From Burkholderiales bacterium (GTDB taxonomy: Bacteria; Pseudomonadota; Gammaproteobacteria; Burkholderiales; Burkholderiaceae_C): DNA of 64,000 nucleotides. The stretch lies in assembly GCA_038241255.1 (NCBI GenBank), contig JBBRFW010000006.1:91-64090 (forward strand), in the 5' to 3' direction. Each line of letters begins with the position of its first letter. Positions within the stretch are counted from its first letter, which is position 1. This document shows, piece by piece, positions 50,798-60,286 of this stretch. Position numbers and translations under genes: made by a program. The notes beneath the pieces are model-generated. The model was not told the DNA's origin, ran no database searches, and saw only the letters and a program-made list of their open reading frames with translations.

Positions 50798-51727
50798 ATG
50801 ATCCCTTCCCGCGTCACCCTCGTCGACGTCGGCCCGCGCGACGGCCTGCAGAACGAGAAGCAAAACGTCGATGCCGCTGTCAAGATCGAGCTCGTGCACC
50901 GCCTCCAGGCCGCCGGCCTGCGCGAGATCGAGGTGACGAGCTTCGTCAGCCCGAAGTGGGTGCCGCAGATGGCCGACAACGCGGCGGTGATGGCCGGCAT
51001 CGCTCGCGAGCCCGGCGTGCGCTACTCGGTGCTGATCCCGAACATGAAGGGCCTCGACGCGGCCCTCTCGGCGCCGCGTGGCGATTGGCCGGACGAGATC
51101 GTCGTCTTCGCGGCCGCGTCCGAGGCCTTCAGCCGGAAGAACATAAATTGCTCGATCGCCGAGAGCATCGAGCGCTTCCGTCCGGTGGTCGCCGCCGCGC
51201 GGGGCCACGGCATCAAGGTGCGCGGCGCGATCTCGGTCGCGCTCGGCTGCCCCTACCAGGGCGAGGTGACGGCAGACGAGGTCGAGCGCGTCGTGCGGCT
51301 GATCAAGGACATCGGCGTCGGCCACTGCGGCATCGCCGACACGATCGGCGTCGGCACGCCGAAGCGCGTGCAGGCGGCGCTCGAGCGAGCGCTGAAGCAC
51401 TATCCGGCCGCCGAGGTGAGTGGCCATTTTCACGACACTTACGGGCAGGCGATCGGCAATGTCTACGCGAGCCTCGAGGTCGGCATCGCCAGCTTCGACA
51501 CCAGCGTCGCCGGCCTCGGCGGATGTCCTTACGCGAAGGGTGCGACCGGCAACGTCGCGACCGAAGACGTACTGTTCCTCCTCGACGGTCTCGGCATCGA
51601 CACCGGGATCTCGCTCGACGGCGTCGTCGACGCGGCGGCGTTCATCTCGGGCGTGCTCGGTCGCAGGCCGGTCTCGAGGTCGGGGAACGCATTGTTGGCG
51701 AAGCGGGCGTCAGCCGTCGCGCCCTAG
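50798..51727 (+). CDS. liuE: hydroxymethylglutaryl-CoA lyase
   Basis: VGPRDGLQNE, SFVSPKWVPQ, HFHDTYG, GLGGCPYA.GATGN. Confidence 0.95.
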   Translation: MIPSRVTLVDVGPRDGLQNEKQNVDAAVKIELVHRLQAAGLREIEVTSFVSPKWVPQMADNAAVMAGIAREPGVRYSVLIPNMKGLDAALSAPRGDWPDEIVVFAAASEAFSRKNINCSIAESIERFRPVVAAARGHGIKVRGAISVALGCPYQGEVTADEVERVVRLIKDIGVGHCGIADTIGVGTPKRVQAALERALKHYPAAEVSGHFHDTYGQAIGNVYASLEVGIASFDTSVAGLGGCPYAKGATGNVATEDVLFLLDGLGIDTGISLDGVVDAAAFISGVLGRRPVSRSGNALLAKRASAVAP

Positions 51728-51750
51728 TCGCCGCCGCTTCCTCGCCGGGC

Positions 51751-52527
51751 CTACTTCTCGACAAACGCCCGCTCGATGACGTAGTCGCCGGCCTGGCCGA
51801 TGCCGGCGGAGATCGTGAGGCCGGCCCCGTCGAGGACGGAGCGCATGTCCTTCAGCATCGCCGGGCCGCCGCAGATCATCGCGCGGTCGGTCTTGGCGTC
51901 GATCTGGGGGAAGCCGATGTCCTTGCAGAGTTTGCCGCTGGCGATCAGGTCGGTGAGGCGGCCTTGGTACTTGAAGGGCTCGCGCGTCACGGTCGGGTAG
52001 TAGACGAGTTGGTCGCGCACCATGTCGCCGAGCACGTCGTGGCGCGGCAGCTCATGGGCGATGAGGTCGGCATAGGCGAGCTCGTCGACCTTGCGAACGC
52101 CGTGGACGAGGATGATCTTCTCGAAGCGCTGGTAGGTGTCGGGGTCGCGGATGATGCTCATGAACGGCGCCAGCCCGGTGCCGGTTGCGAACAGGTAGAG
52201 GTTCTTGCCCGGCAGCAGGTCGGTGAGCACGAGCGTGCCGGTGGGCTTGCGGCCGACCATCACGTCATCGCCGACCCTGATGTGCTGCAGGCGCGAGGTG
52301 AGCGGGCCGTTCTGTACCTTGATGCTGAAGAATTCGAGGTGCTCGGCGTAATGCGCGCTCGCTATCGAGTAGGCGCGCATGAGTGGCTTGCCCTCGATCA
52401 TCAGGCCGACCATCACGAAGTGGCCGCTCTCGAAACGCAGGCTCGTACCGCGCGTGCACGTGAACGTGAACAGCGATTCGTTCCAGTGGTGGACCGTCAG
52501 GATCTTCTCAACTTCGTAAGCCGCCAT
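51751..52527 (-). CDS. fpr: ferredoxin--NADP+ reductase
   Basis: RAYSIAS, GPLTSRL, TGTGLAPF, MICG, C-terminal ERAFVEK. Confidence 0.95.
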   Translation of the reverse strand: MAAYEVEKILTVHHWNESLFTFTCTRGTSLRFESGHFVMVGLMIEGKPLMRAYSIASAHYAEHLEFFSIKVQNGPLTSRLQHIRVGDDVMVGRKPTGTLVLTDLLPGKNLYLFATGTGLAPFMSIIRDPDTYQRFEKIILVHGVRKVDELAYADLIAHELPRHDVLGDMVRDQLVYYPTVTREPFKYQGRLTDLIASGKLCKDIGFPQIDAKTDRAMICGGPAMLKDMRSVLDGAGLTISAGIGQAGDYVIERAFVEK

Positions 52528-53184
52528 TCATCGCTTTCTCTGGGGTGACGCCACCGGCGCCGCGGGCACGCAGACCGCCGCGGCCATCACGCGCCGGATC
52601 TCCGCGAGCCACGCATCGCATTCCTCCTGCCGCATCAGGTCGGCGCCGAGAAAGCTCGACAGCGTGAAGCGGTTGGAGAGGTAGAAATACCCGAGCGCGG
52701 CGAGCGTCAGGTAGACCTTTTTGACGTCGAGGTCGCGCCGGAAAACTTTCTGGCGCGCGCCCTCGGCCAGTATTGTCCCCAAAATGTCGAGCACCGGCCG
52801 CGACAGCTGCTTAACCCTCACCGACTTGGTGATGTGCCGGCCGCGCTGCAGGTTCTCGTTGCTGAGCAGGGCGACGAACTCCGGGTGCTCGACGTAGTAG
52901 CGCCAGGTGAACGAGATGAGCGCGTCGAGCGCCTCTAGCGGCTGCTTCGGGTCGAGCACGAGCGCGCTCTCGGCCTCGCCGAGCTCGCTGTAGACGCCCT
53001 CGAGCACCTGGAGGTAGAGCGCTTCCTTGCTCGCGAAGTAGTAGTAGATCATCCGGTCGCTCGAGCGCGCCGCGCGCGAGATGCGCTCGACCCGTGCGCC
53101 GCTGTAGCCGTGGCGCATGAACTCGTTGCGGGCGGCGCGCAGGATGCGCTGCTGGGTCTGGGCGGGGTCGCGGGCGAGCGGCAT
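52528..53184 (-). CDS. TetR family regulator (NicS/RutR-like)
   Basis: ILRAA..EF...GY.GARV..I, MIYYYFASKE, YFYLSN..TLS. Confidence 0.9.
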   Translation of the reverse strand: MPLARDPAQTQQRILRAARNEFMRHGYSGARVERISRAARSSDRMIYYYFASKEALYLQVLEGVYSELGEAESALVLDPKQPLEALDALISFTWRYYVEHPEFVALLSNENLQRGRHITKSVRVKQLSRPVLDILGTILAEGARQKVFRRDLDVKKVYLTLAALGYFYLSNRFTLSSFLGADLMRQEECDAWLAEIRRVMAAAVCVPAAPVASPQRKR

Positions 53185-53251
53185 CGGCAAGGCGGACGGC
53201 GTATTTCGCGAGGCTTTGCAAAACGGCCGGGCCATGCTAGATTGAGTCGCC

Positions 53252-53271
53252 AATGAAGTAAACACTTCATT
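53252..53271. promoter_or_regulatory. putative TetR operator in the divergent promoter
   Basis: AT-rich inverted repeat AATGAAGT-aaac-ACTTCATT. Confidence 0.7.
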
Positions 53272-53296
53272 CATCGACCGGGATCGCCAAGCACCC

Positions 53297-54139
53297 ATGC
53301 AGCACCGTTTCGAGCGTCCGCCATCGATCGCCGAGGCTGCCCGTCTGCTGGCGAGCGGGCACTGGGCGCTGCTGGCCGGCGGCACCGATTTGTACCCGGC
53401 TCACGTCGGCCGGCCGCTCGCTTTGCAGCTGCTCGACCTCGGCGGCATCGCCGCGCTGCGTGGCATCCGCCGCGACGAGAAGGGCTGGACGATCGGCGCC
53501 ACGACGACCTGGACGGATGTGATGCGCGCCGACCTGCCGCCGCTGTTCGACGGCCTCAAGGCGGCGGCGCGCGAGGTCGGTGGCGTGCAGATTCAGAACA
53601 CCGGCACCGTGGCCGGCAACCTGTGCAACGCCTCGCCCGCGGCCGACGGCACGCCGGTGCTGCTCGCGCTCGGCGCCGCGGTGGTCCTACAGAGCGAGCG
53701 CGGCGAGCGCGAGCTGCCGATCGAGCAGTTCGTGCTCGGCCCGCGCCGCACCGCGCGCGCCGCCGATGAGCTCGTTGTGGCCGTGCGCGTGATGGCGCGC
53801 TCGCCGGGCGCGCGCTCGGCCTTCGCCAAGCTCGGCGGCCGGCGCTATCTCACGATCTCGATCAGCACCGTCGCGGCCCTCGTCGACGTCGACGCGGCCG
53901 GCGCGATCGTGGCGGCCGGTGTCGCCGTCGGCAGCTGCTCGGCGGTCGCGCAGCGCCTGCCGGCGCTGGAGGCGCGCCTGCTCGGCAGAAGCGCGGCCGA
54001 CAACCTAGCTGCCTTGCTCGATCCGGCCCACCTTGCCGCGCTGACGCCGATCGACGACCATCGCGGCAGCGCCGCCTACCGTCGCGACGCCAGCGCCACC
54101 CTTGTGCGCCGCGTCCTGCGCGAGCTCGCGACGCCATGA
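53297..54139 (+). CDS. xanthine dehydrogenase family FAD-binding subunit (nicotinate hydroxylase)
   Basis: LAGGTDL, QIQNTGTVAGNLCNASPAAD, PIDD.RGSA.YR. Confidence 0.92.
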   Translation: MQHRFERPPSIAEAARLLASGHWALLAGGTDLYPAHVGRPLALQLLDLGGIAALRGIRRDEKGWTIGATTTWTDVMRADLPPLFDGLKAAAREVGGVQIQNTGTVAGNLCNASPAADGTPVLLALGAAVVLQSERGERELPIEQFVLGPRRTARAADELVVAVRVMARSPGARSAFAKLGGRRYLTISISTVAALVDVDAAGAIVAAGVAVGSCSAVAQRLPALEARLLGRSAADNLAALLDPAHLAALTPIDDHRGSAAYRRDASATLVRRVLRELATP

Positions 54140-57039
54140 CCGCGCGCGACCTGCCTTCCCTGTGTGTCGTCCGTCTCGACGTCAATGGCCGCGCCCGCGA
54201 GCTCGCCGGCGATCCGGGCCGGCGCCTCGCCGACGCGCTGCGCGACGAGCTCGGCCTCACGGGCACCAAGATCGGCTGCCACGCCGGCGACTGCGGCGCG
54301 TGCACCGTGCTGCTCGACGGCGAGCAGGTCTGCTCGTGCATCGTCGGCGTCGGCCAGTGCGAAGGGCGCGCGGTGACCACGGTCGAGGGCCTGGCCGGGG
54401 CGGAGGGCGCGCTCTCGCCGCTCCAGCGCGCCTTCGTCGCCCACGGCGCGGCGCAGTGCGGCATGTGCACGCCGGGCATGCTGATGAGCGCGGAAGCGCT
54501 GCTGCGCGCCAACCCGCGGCCGGTCGAGGCCGAGGTGCAGGACGCGCTCGCCGGCGTGCTGTGCCGCTGCACCGGCTATCGCAAGATCGTCGAGGCGGTG
54601 CTGGCGGTCGCGGCGGGTGAGGTCGTCGACGTGCCGCCGTCGCGCGCTGGCCAGGCCGTCGGCGCGCGTGTCGCGCGGCTCGACGCGCCGGCGAAGGTCA
54701 CGGGCCGCGAGCGCTTCGGCGCCGATGCGCTGCCGGGGCGAGCTGCTGCCGACGCGTCGCCGCCGGCGCGCGCCGCTGCCGACGGCACGATTCCCGAGCC
54801 CACTGCTGCCGCCGACGCGCTGACCATGCGCGTCGTCCGCTCGCCGCACGCGCACGCGCGCTTCGAAGTCGGCGACCTCGCGCCCCTGCTCGGGCGCTGG
54901 CCCGGGCTGGTCGATGTCCTCGCCGCCGCCGACGTGCCGCACAATGCATTCGCGATCTTCCCCGACCTGCGCGACCAGCCGGTGCTTGCCGACGGCGTCG
55001 TGCGCTTCCGCGGCGAGGCCGTGCTCGCGCTAGTCGGCGATGCGGCGACGGTGGCGGCGATCGCTGACGCCGACCTGCCGATCCGCTACACCCCTCTGCC
55101 TGCGAACGAGACCTCGACCGACGCGCTCGCCGCGGCCGAGCGCGGCACGCCGATGCACGCGCGCTATCCCGACAACGTGCTCTGCCGCGGCCGCGTCGTG
55201 CGCGGCGACGTCGAAGCGGCGCTCTCGGCCGCGCCGCACCGGGTCGAGGCATCGTTCGAGACGCGGCATGTCGAGCACGCCTACATCGAGCCCGAGGCGG
55301 GCTGGGCCGAGATCGTCGAGTCGATCGGCGCCGCTGGCGTTCCGCGGCGCCGCATCCGCATCTACGCCTGCACGCAGACGCCCTACATGGACCGCGACGA
55401 GGTCGCGAGCGTCCTGAAGATCGCCCCCGAACAGGTCCACATCGTGCCCTCGGCGATCGGTGGCGGTTTCGGCGGCAAGCTCGATCTCTCGGTGCAGCCG
55501 CTCGCCGCGGTCGCTGCCTGGAAGCTCGGCCGCCCCGTGCGCCTGGTGTACGAGCGCCCGGAGTCAATGCAGTCGAGCACCAAGCGCCATCCGGCGACGA
55601 TGCAGGCGCGGGCGGCTTGCGACGCGCAGGGGCGGCTGACCGCATTCGATTTTGCCGGCGACTTCAACACAGGCGCGTACTCGTCATGGGGGCCGACGGT
55701 CGCCAACCGCGTGCCGATCCATGCCAGCGGGCCGTACCGCATCGCGAACGTGCGCGCACTGACGCGCGCCGTGCTCACGCACAACAGCGTCGCCGGCGCG
55801 TTCCGCGGCTTCGGCGTGCCGCAGTCGACGCTCCTCGGCGAGCTGCTGATCGACGAGCTCGCCGCGCGCACCGGCACGGATCCGCTCGAGTTCCGCCACC
55901 GCAACGCGCTCGTCGCCGGCGATACCACGCCGACCGGGCAGACGCTCGCCGCGAGCGTCGGCCTGCAGGCGTGCCTCGACGCGCTGCGGCCGGCGTGGGC
56001 GGACGCGACCCAGGCCGCAAGGGCCTTCAACCAGGATGCAGCGGTCCGTGCTTCGCCGCTTCGCCGCAGCGCCGGCATCGCCTGCATGTGGTACGGCATC
56101 GGCAACACCGTCATCGCCAACCCGTCGACGATGCGCGCCGCCCTGCGCTGGAACGCTGGGCGCGGCGCTCACCTCTTCCTCTACAACGGCGCGCAGGAGA
56201 TCGGCCAGGGCACCGCGACGATCATGCCGCAGCTGTTCGCCGACGCCGTCGGCCTGCCGCTTACTTGCGTCGAACAGGTGATGGGCGACACCGACCTCAC
56301 CGCCGACGCCGGCAAGTCGTCGGCGTCGCGGCAGACCTTCGTCTCCGGTAACGCCGCGAAGCGCGCCGGCGAGGCTTTGCGCGCGCTGCTGATCGCGCGT
56401 CTGGGCCTAGCCCACGTGCCCCCGCACGAAGTTCAGCTGCGCCTCGACGGGCACGATCTGCGCGGGACTCACCGGAATACGTCATTCGGCGTCGACCTGC
56501 GCGAGCTTCCGGTCGATGCCCAAGGTGATCTCTTCGTCGCGAGCGGCCACTTCAACCCGCCGACCGTGCCGCTGGACGCCGATGGGCAGGGCGTACCTTA
56601 TGCCACATACGGCTTCGCGGCACAGATCGCCGAAGTCGAGGTCGACCTTGAGCTCGGGACGGTGACTTTGCTGCACATCCACGCGGCCCACGACGTCGGC
56701 CGCGCCATCAACCCGACCCAGGTCGAGGGCCAGATCCACGGGGGCATCGCCCAGGGCATCGGAATGGCGCTCATGGAGGAGTACGTCAACGGCTGCACCG
56801 ACAACCTGCACGACTACCTGATCCCGACCGTTGGCGACGTGCCGCCGATCACCGTGCACCTGATCGAGGATCCGGAGCCGCTCGGGCCGTGGGGCGCCAA
56901 GGGAGTCGGCGAGCCGGCCCTGGTGGCAACGGCGCCGGCGATCCTCAACGCGATCCACGCCGCGACCGGCGTGCGCATGCACGAGGTACCGGTGACGCCG
57001 AGCCGCCTACGCGCGGCGCTCCTGGCGTCACGCGCATGA
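54136..57039 (+). CDS. fused [2Fe-2S] + molybdopterin subunit, nicotinate-dehydrogenase-like Mo-hydroxylase
   Basis: GCHAGDCGAC, QCGMCTPG, LCRCTGY; GGGFGGK, AFRGFG, EIGQG, GAKGVGE; adjacent to hnr. Confidence 0.9.
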   Translation: MTARDLPSLCVVRLDVNGRARELAGDPGRRLADALRDELGLTGTKIGCHAGDCGACTVLLDGEQVCSCIVGVGQCEGRAVTTVEGLAGAEGALSPLQRAFVAHGAAQCGMCTPGMLMSAEALLRANPRPVEAEVQDALAGVLCRCTGYRKIVEAVLAVAAGEVVDVPPSRAGQAVGARVARLDAPAKVTGRERFGADALPGRAAADASPPARAAADGTIPEPTAAADALTMRVVRSPHAHARFEVGDLAPLLGRWPGLVDVLAAADVPHNAFAIFPDLRDQPVLADGVVRFRGEAVLALVGDAATVAAIADADLPIRYTPLPANETSTDALAAAERGTPMHARYPDNVLCRGRVVRGDVEAALSAAPHRVEASFETRHVEHAYIEPEAGWAEIVESIGAAGVPRRRIRIYACTQTPYMDRDEVASVLKIAPEQVHIVPSAIGGGFGGKLDLSVQPLAAVAAWKLGRPVRLVYERPESMQSSTKRHPATMQARAACDAQGRLTAFDFAGDFNTGAYSSWGPTVANRVPIHASGPYRIANVRALTRAVLTHNSVAGAFRGFGVPQSTLLGELLIDELAARTGTDPLEFRHRNALVAGDTTPTGQTLAASVGLQACLDALRPAWADATQAARAFNQDAAVRASPLRRSAGIACMWYGIGNTVIANPSTMRAALRWNAGRGAHLFLYNGAQEIGQGTATIMPQLFADAVGLPLTCVEQVMGDTDLTADAGKSSASRQTFVSGNAAKRAGEALRALLIARLGLAHVPPHEVQLRLDGHDLRGTHRNTSFGVDLRELPVDAQGDLFVASGHFNPPTVPLDADGQGVPYATYGFAAQIAEVEVDLELGTVTLLHIHAAHDVGRAINPTQVEGQIHGGIAQGIGMALMEEYVNGCTDNLHDYLIPTVGDVPPITVHLIEDPEPLGPWGAKGVGEPALVATAPAILNAIHAATGVRMHEVPVTPSRLRAALLASRA

Positions 57040-58571
57040 GCGACGTTCCGTTCGGCGCCCGCTCCGACGGTCAGCCGGTCGTCCTCGAGCACTCGCGCGC
57101 GCCCGAGAAGATGGCCGCCGACAAGGTGCGCTGCGAGGCCTGCCCGGTGCTTTGCCAGATCAGCCCCGGCAAGCTCGGCGCGTGCGACCGCTACGGCAAC
57201 CTCGACGGCAAGCTGACTCGGCTCGACACGCTCCACCTCGTCGCCAAGCCCGGCGTCGACCTGATCGAGTGGCAGGCCGCGCGCGGCGAAGGCTGGGACG
57301 GGTCGATCGTCGGCGCCGACGCTCCGGTGTTCGTCTCGGGGATCGGCTCCGGGACGACCTACCCCGACTACAAGCCGGCCCCCTTCATCGTCTCCTCGCG
57401 GCACGAGGGGGTCGACCTCGTCACCGTCGTCACCGAAGGGATCTTCAGCTACTGCAGCTTCAAGGTAAAGATCGACACCGACCGCTACCTCGGCCCCGAG
57501 CAGGCGACGGTGCGTCATCGCGGCGAGACGGTGGGCCACGTCAGCACGATCGAGTACGGCTCGCAGTTCCTCGCCCTCGGCGGCGTGCACCATCTCACCG
57601 GAGGCTCGAAGAAGGAGGGCCGCATCGCCTGCGAGATGATGATGTCGCTCGGCAACCGGCAGCCGGTCGAGCTCGAGATCGAGGGCGGCGCGCGCGTCGT
57701 CGTCGAAGCCGAAAAGGCGCCGATCGTCGACGGCGTCGAGGAACGGCGCATGCGGGTCGGCTGCGGGTCGGCGACGATCGGCATCTTCGCGCAGCAGTGG
57801 TTCGGCCACGTCGACGAGGTCGTCGTCGTCGACGATCACATCACCGGTGTGCTCTCCGAGCACCAAGCCGGCAAGTTCCTCAACATGGCTCCCAGCGGCA
57901 TTCGCGTGCGCGGTCGCAAGTCGACGCCCGGGCGCTACTTCCAGGTCGCGAGCCCAGGCGCCGGCTGGGGCGGCACCGACATCACCGACCCACTCTCGAT
58001 TGTCGAGGCGTGGGACGCGGAGCACGGGGCACGCCCCGGCTTGCGGCTGCTCATGGTCTCGACGACGGGCGAGGAATCAGCCTGGTTCGTCCTCGACGAC
58101 GATCTCGTGCCGAGTCCGGCCGAGATGCCGGCGCCGGTGCGCCGCGTCGTCGAGCGCATCGGCGAGAACTGCGAGCCCTCGCTCTGCTCGGTGCTCTACG
58201 TCGCCGGCGCAGGCGGGTCGCTGCGCGCCGGCGTGACCGAGAACCCGGTCGCGCTGACTCGCTCGATCAAGTCGCTGCTCGTCAACGTGACGTGCGGCGG
58301 CGCGCCGGTGTTCGTCTGGCCGGGCGGCGGCATCACGGTGATGGTCGACGTCGCCAAGATGCCCGCGAACAGCTTCGGCTCGGTGCCGACCCCGGCGATC
58401 GTCTCGCCGATCGAGTTCACGATGCGGCTCGACGACTACCGCGCGCTCGGCGGGCACGTCGGCCGCGTGCGCCGGCTCGAGGACGTCGTCGCCGCCGGTG
58501 GCTGGCAAGTGGTCGAGGCGGCGCCGGGCGTGCCGTGGCCGCTGCACGGTTCGCGCGGGGGCGGGCGATGA
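57036..58571 (+). CDS. hnr: 6-hydroxynicotinate reductase
   Basis: CEACPVLC...GACDRY, TTYPDYKPAPFI, TEGIFSYC, MRVGCGSATIG, ENCEPSLC, GAGGSLRAG. Confidence 0.88.
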   Translation: MSDVPFGARSDGQPVVLEHSRAPEKMAADKVRCEACPVLCQISPGKLGACDRYGNLDGKLTRLDTLHLVAKPGVDLIEWQAARGEGWDGSIVGADAPVFVSGIGSGTTYPDYKPAPFIVSSRHEGVDLVTVVTEGIFSYCSFKVKIDTDRYLGPEQATVRHRGETVGHVSTIEYGSQFLALGGVHHLTGGSKKEGRIACEMMMSLGNRQPVELEIEGGARVVVEAEKAPIVDGVEERRMRVGCGSATIGIFAQQWFGHVDEVVVVDDHITGVLSEHQAGKFLNMAPSGIRVRGRKSTPGRYFQVASPGAGWGGTDITDPLSIVEAWDAEHGARPGLRLLMVSTTGEESAWFVLDDDLVPSPAEMPAPVRRVVERIGENCEPSLCSVLYVAGAGGSLRAGVTENPVALTRSIKSLLVNVTCGGAPVFVWPGGGITVMVDVAKMPANSFGSVPTPAIVSPIEFTMRLDDYRALGGHVGRVRRLEDVVAAGGWQVVEAAPGVPWPLHGSRGGGR

Positions 58572-59614
58572 GCCCGGGCGCCGCCGGCACGCGCGGTGCC
58601 CCCGCGGGGGGCGCCGTGCGTCGGCAGATCGATCGCGATCGCTGGCACTTTCAGCACGGACCGATCGATTGCATCGTCACCGCCGAAGGCGACCTGCCTG
58701 CCGTGGCGGAGGCGATGGAGATCGCGTGGGGGCGCTTTCAGGGCGTGCTCGCGGAGCTCGCCGGTGAGCTGCCCTTGCTGCGCGCCGACCTCTCGCGCGC
58801 CGGTCCCATCGAGCCGCGCCGGCCGGTGGCACGCCGCATGGTCGCCGCGTGCCGGCCGCACGCGCGTGACGGGCGCTTCATCACCGCCATGGCCGCGGTC
58901 GCCGGTGCCGTCGCCGAAGAGCTGATCGCCGCCTTCCAGCGCGCGGGCATCGCGCGCGCCTCGATCAACAACGGCGGCGATATCGCGCTCTTCCTCGCGC
59001 CCGGCGCGTCGTTCGCGGTCGGCGTCTGCGACGACCCGGTCGAGGGCGTGCTCGGCGCGCCGTTCGGCGGCCAGTTCACGATCGACGCCGTATCGCCGGT
59101 GCGCGGCATCGCGACCTCGGGCTGGCGCGGCCGGAGCTTCTCGCTCGGCATCGCCGACAGCGTCACCGTGCTGGCGGCGAGCGCATCGTGCGCCGACGCG
59201 TCAGCGACGATCGTCGCCAATGCCGTCGACGTCGACGATGCGCGCATCGTCCGCGTGCCGGCGAGCGCGGTCCGCGACGACAGCGATCTCGGCGATCGGC
59301 TCGTCGTGCGCGCCGTGCCGCCGCTGCCCGCGGCATCGATCGAGCTCGGGCTGGCACGCGGCGCGGCGGAAGCGCGGGAGCAGATCAACGCCGGGCGCAT
59401 CATCGCGGCGGTGCTTTCGTTGCAAGGGAGACGGCGCGTCGTGGGCGACGTGCCCAGCCTCGTCCCGGCCCTTTTCCGCTCCGCGGAGGGAGAGCCCGGG
59501 CTTGCTCGTGTTCCTCCCTCGCCCCGCCTGCGGGAAGAGGGCCGGGGTGAGGGGCGCTCGAGCCGCTCCGCCCTCCACCCGCCACCGCCATCGCCACCAC
59601 CATCGCCATGCTGA
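58568..59614 (+). CDS. UPF0280 family (ApbE-like) protein with extended C-terminus
   Basis: HFQHGPID, MAAVAGAVA, NNGGDIA, GIATSGWRGRSFSLGIADSVTV. Confidence 0.9.
   Translation: MSPGAAGTRGAPAGGAVRRQIDRDRWHFQHGPIDCIVTAEGDLPAVAEAMEIAWGRFQGVLAELAGELPLLRADLSRAGPIEPRRPVARRMVAACRPHARDGRFITAMAAVAGAVAEELIAAFQRAGIARASINNGGDIALFLAPGASFAVGVCDDPVEGVLGAPFGGQFTIDAVSPVRGIATSGWRGRSFSLGIADSVTVLAASASCADASATIVANAVDVDDARIVRVPASAVRDDSDLGDRLVVRAVPPLPAASIELGLARGAAEAREQINAGRIIAAVLSLQGRRRVVGDVPSLVPALFRSAEGEPGLARVPPSPRLREEGRGEGRSSRSALHPPPPSPPPSPC
59514..59554. repeat. REP/RPE-like palindromic element inside the UPF0280 3' end
   Basis: CTCCCTCGCCCCGCCTGCGGGAAGAGGGCCGGGGTGAGGGG resembles the proteobacterial CCCTCTCCCGC..GCGGGAGAGGG..GGGGTGAGGG repeat; degenerate partner at about 59469-59494. 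Confidence 0.65.
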
Positions 59615-60213
59615 TCTCCGCCACCCCCGAGCTTCCCGAGGTCAACGTCCGCAAGCTCGTCCTGAACGTCGAGGACGTCTGGCATGACAACGGCCCGCGC
59701 CTGGCCCAGCCCCTGCGCCGCGGCAGCCTGGCCGCGGTGCTGAGGAACCCGTACGCCGGCCGCTACGTCGCAGACATTCAGCCCATGATGGAGGCGCTCA
59801 AGCCGCTCGGCCGCGAGATGGCGGCGCGCCTGGTCGAGGCGCTCGGGGGCGCCGCCCGCATCGAGGCCTACGGCAAGGGTGCGCTGATCGGCCTCTCCGG
59901 CGAGCTCGAGCACGGCGCGCTCTGGCACGTGCCGGGCGGCTACGGCATGCGCAACCTGCTCGAGGGCTCGCATGCGATCGTGCCCTCGACGACCAAGATC
60001 GGCCCGGCTGGCGCCGCCGTCGACGTGCCGATCCACCACCGCGTCGCCGCCTACGTGCGCAGCCACTTCGACTCGATCGAGGTGCGCGTCGCTGATGCGC
60101 CGCGGCCCGACGAGATGCTGCTGGTGATCGCCATGACCACCGGTCCGCGCCCGCACGAGCGCGTTGGCGGACTGCGGGCAGACGAGATTGCGAAGTTTGA
60201 TGGCCAGCGCTAG
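59608..60213 (+). CDS. amino acid synthesis family protein (AA_synth)
   Basis: NPYAGRY, YGKGALIG..GELEHG, IVPST, YVRSHF, PRPDE, RPH.RVGG. Confidence 0.88.
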   Translation: MLISATPELPEVNVRKLVLNVEDVWHDNGPRLAQPLRRGSLAAVLRNPYAGRYVADIQPMMEALKPLGREMAARLVEALGGAARIEAYGKGALIGLSGELEHGALWHVPGGYGMRNLLEGSHAIVPSTTKIGPAGAAVDVPIHHRVAAYVRSHFDSIEVRVADAPRPDEMLLVIAMTTGPRPHERVGGLRADEIAKFDGQR

Positions 60214-60286
60214 GGTCATCGTCACAGGAACCTCGGCACGATCGATGCGTGAGGCGGATTCGAAACACCACGACTCGGAGGTCATG

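Noticed and set aside
54136-57039. Selenocysteine in the nicotinate hydroxylase
   Set aside because: No in-frame TGA; the ORF is continuous
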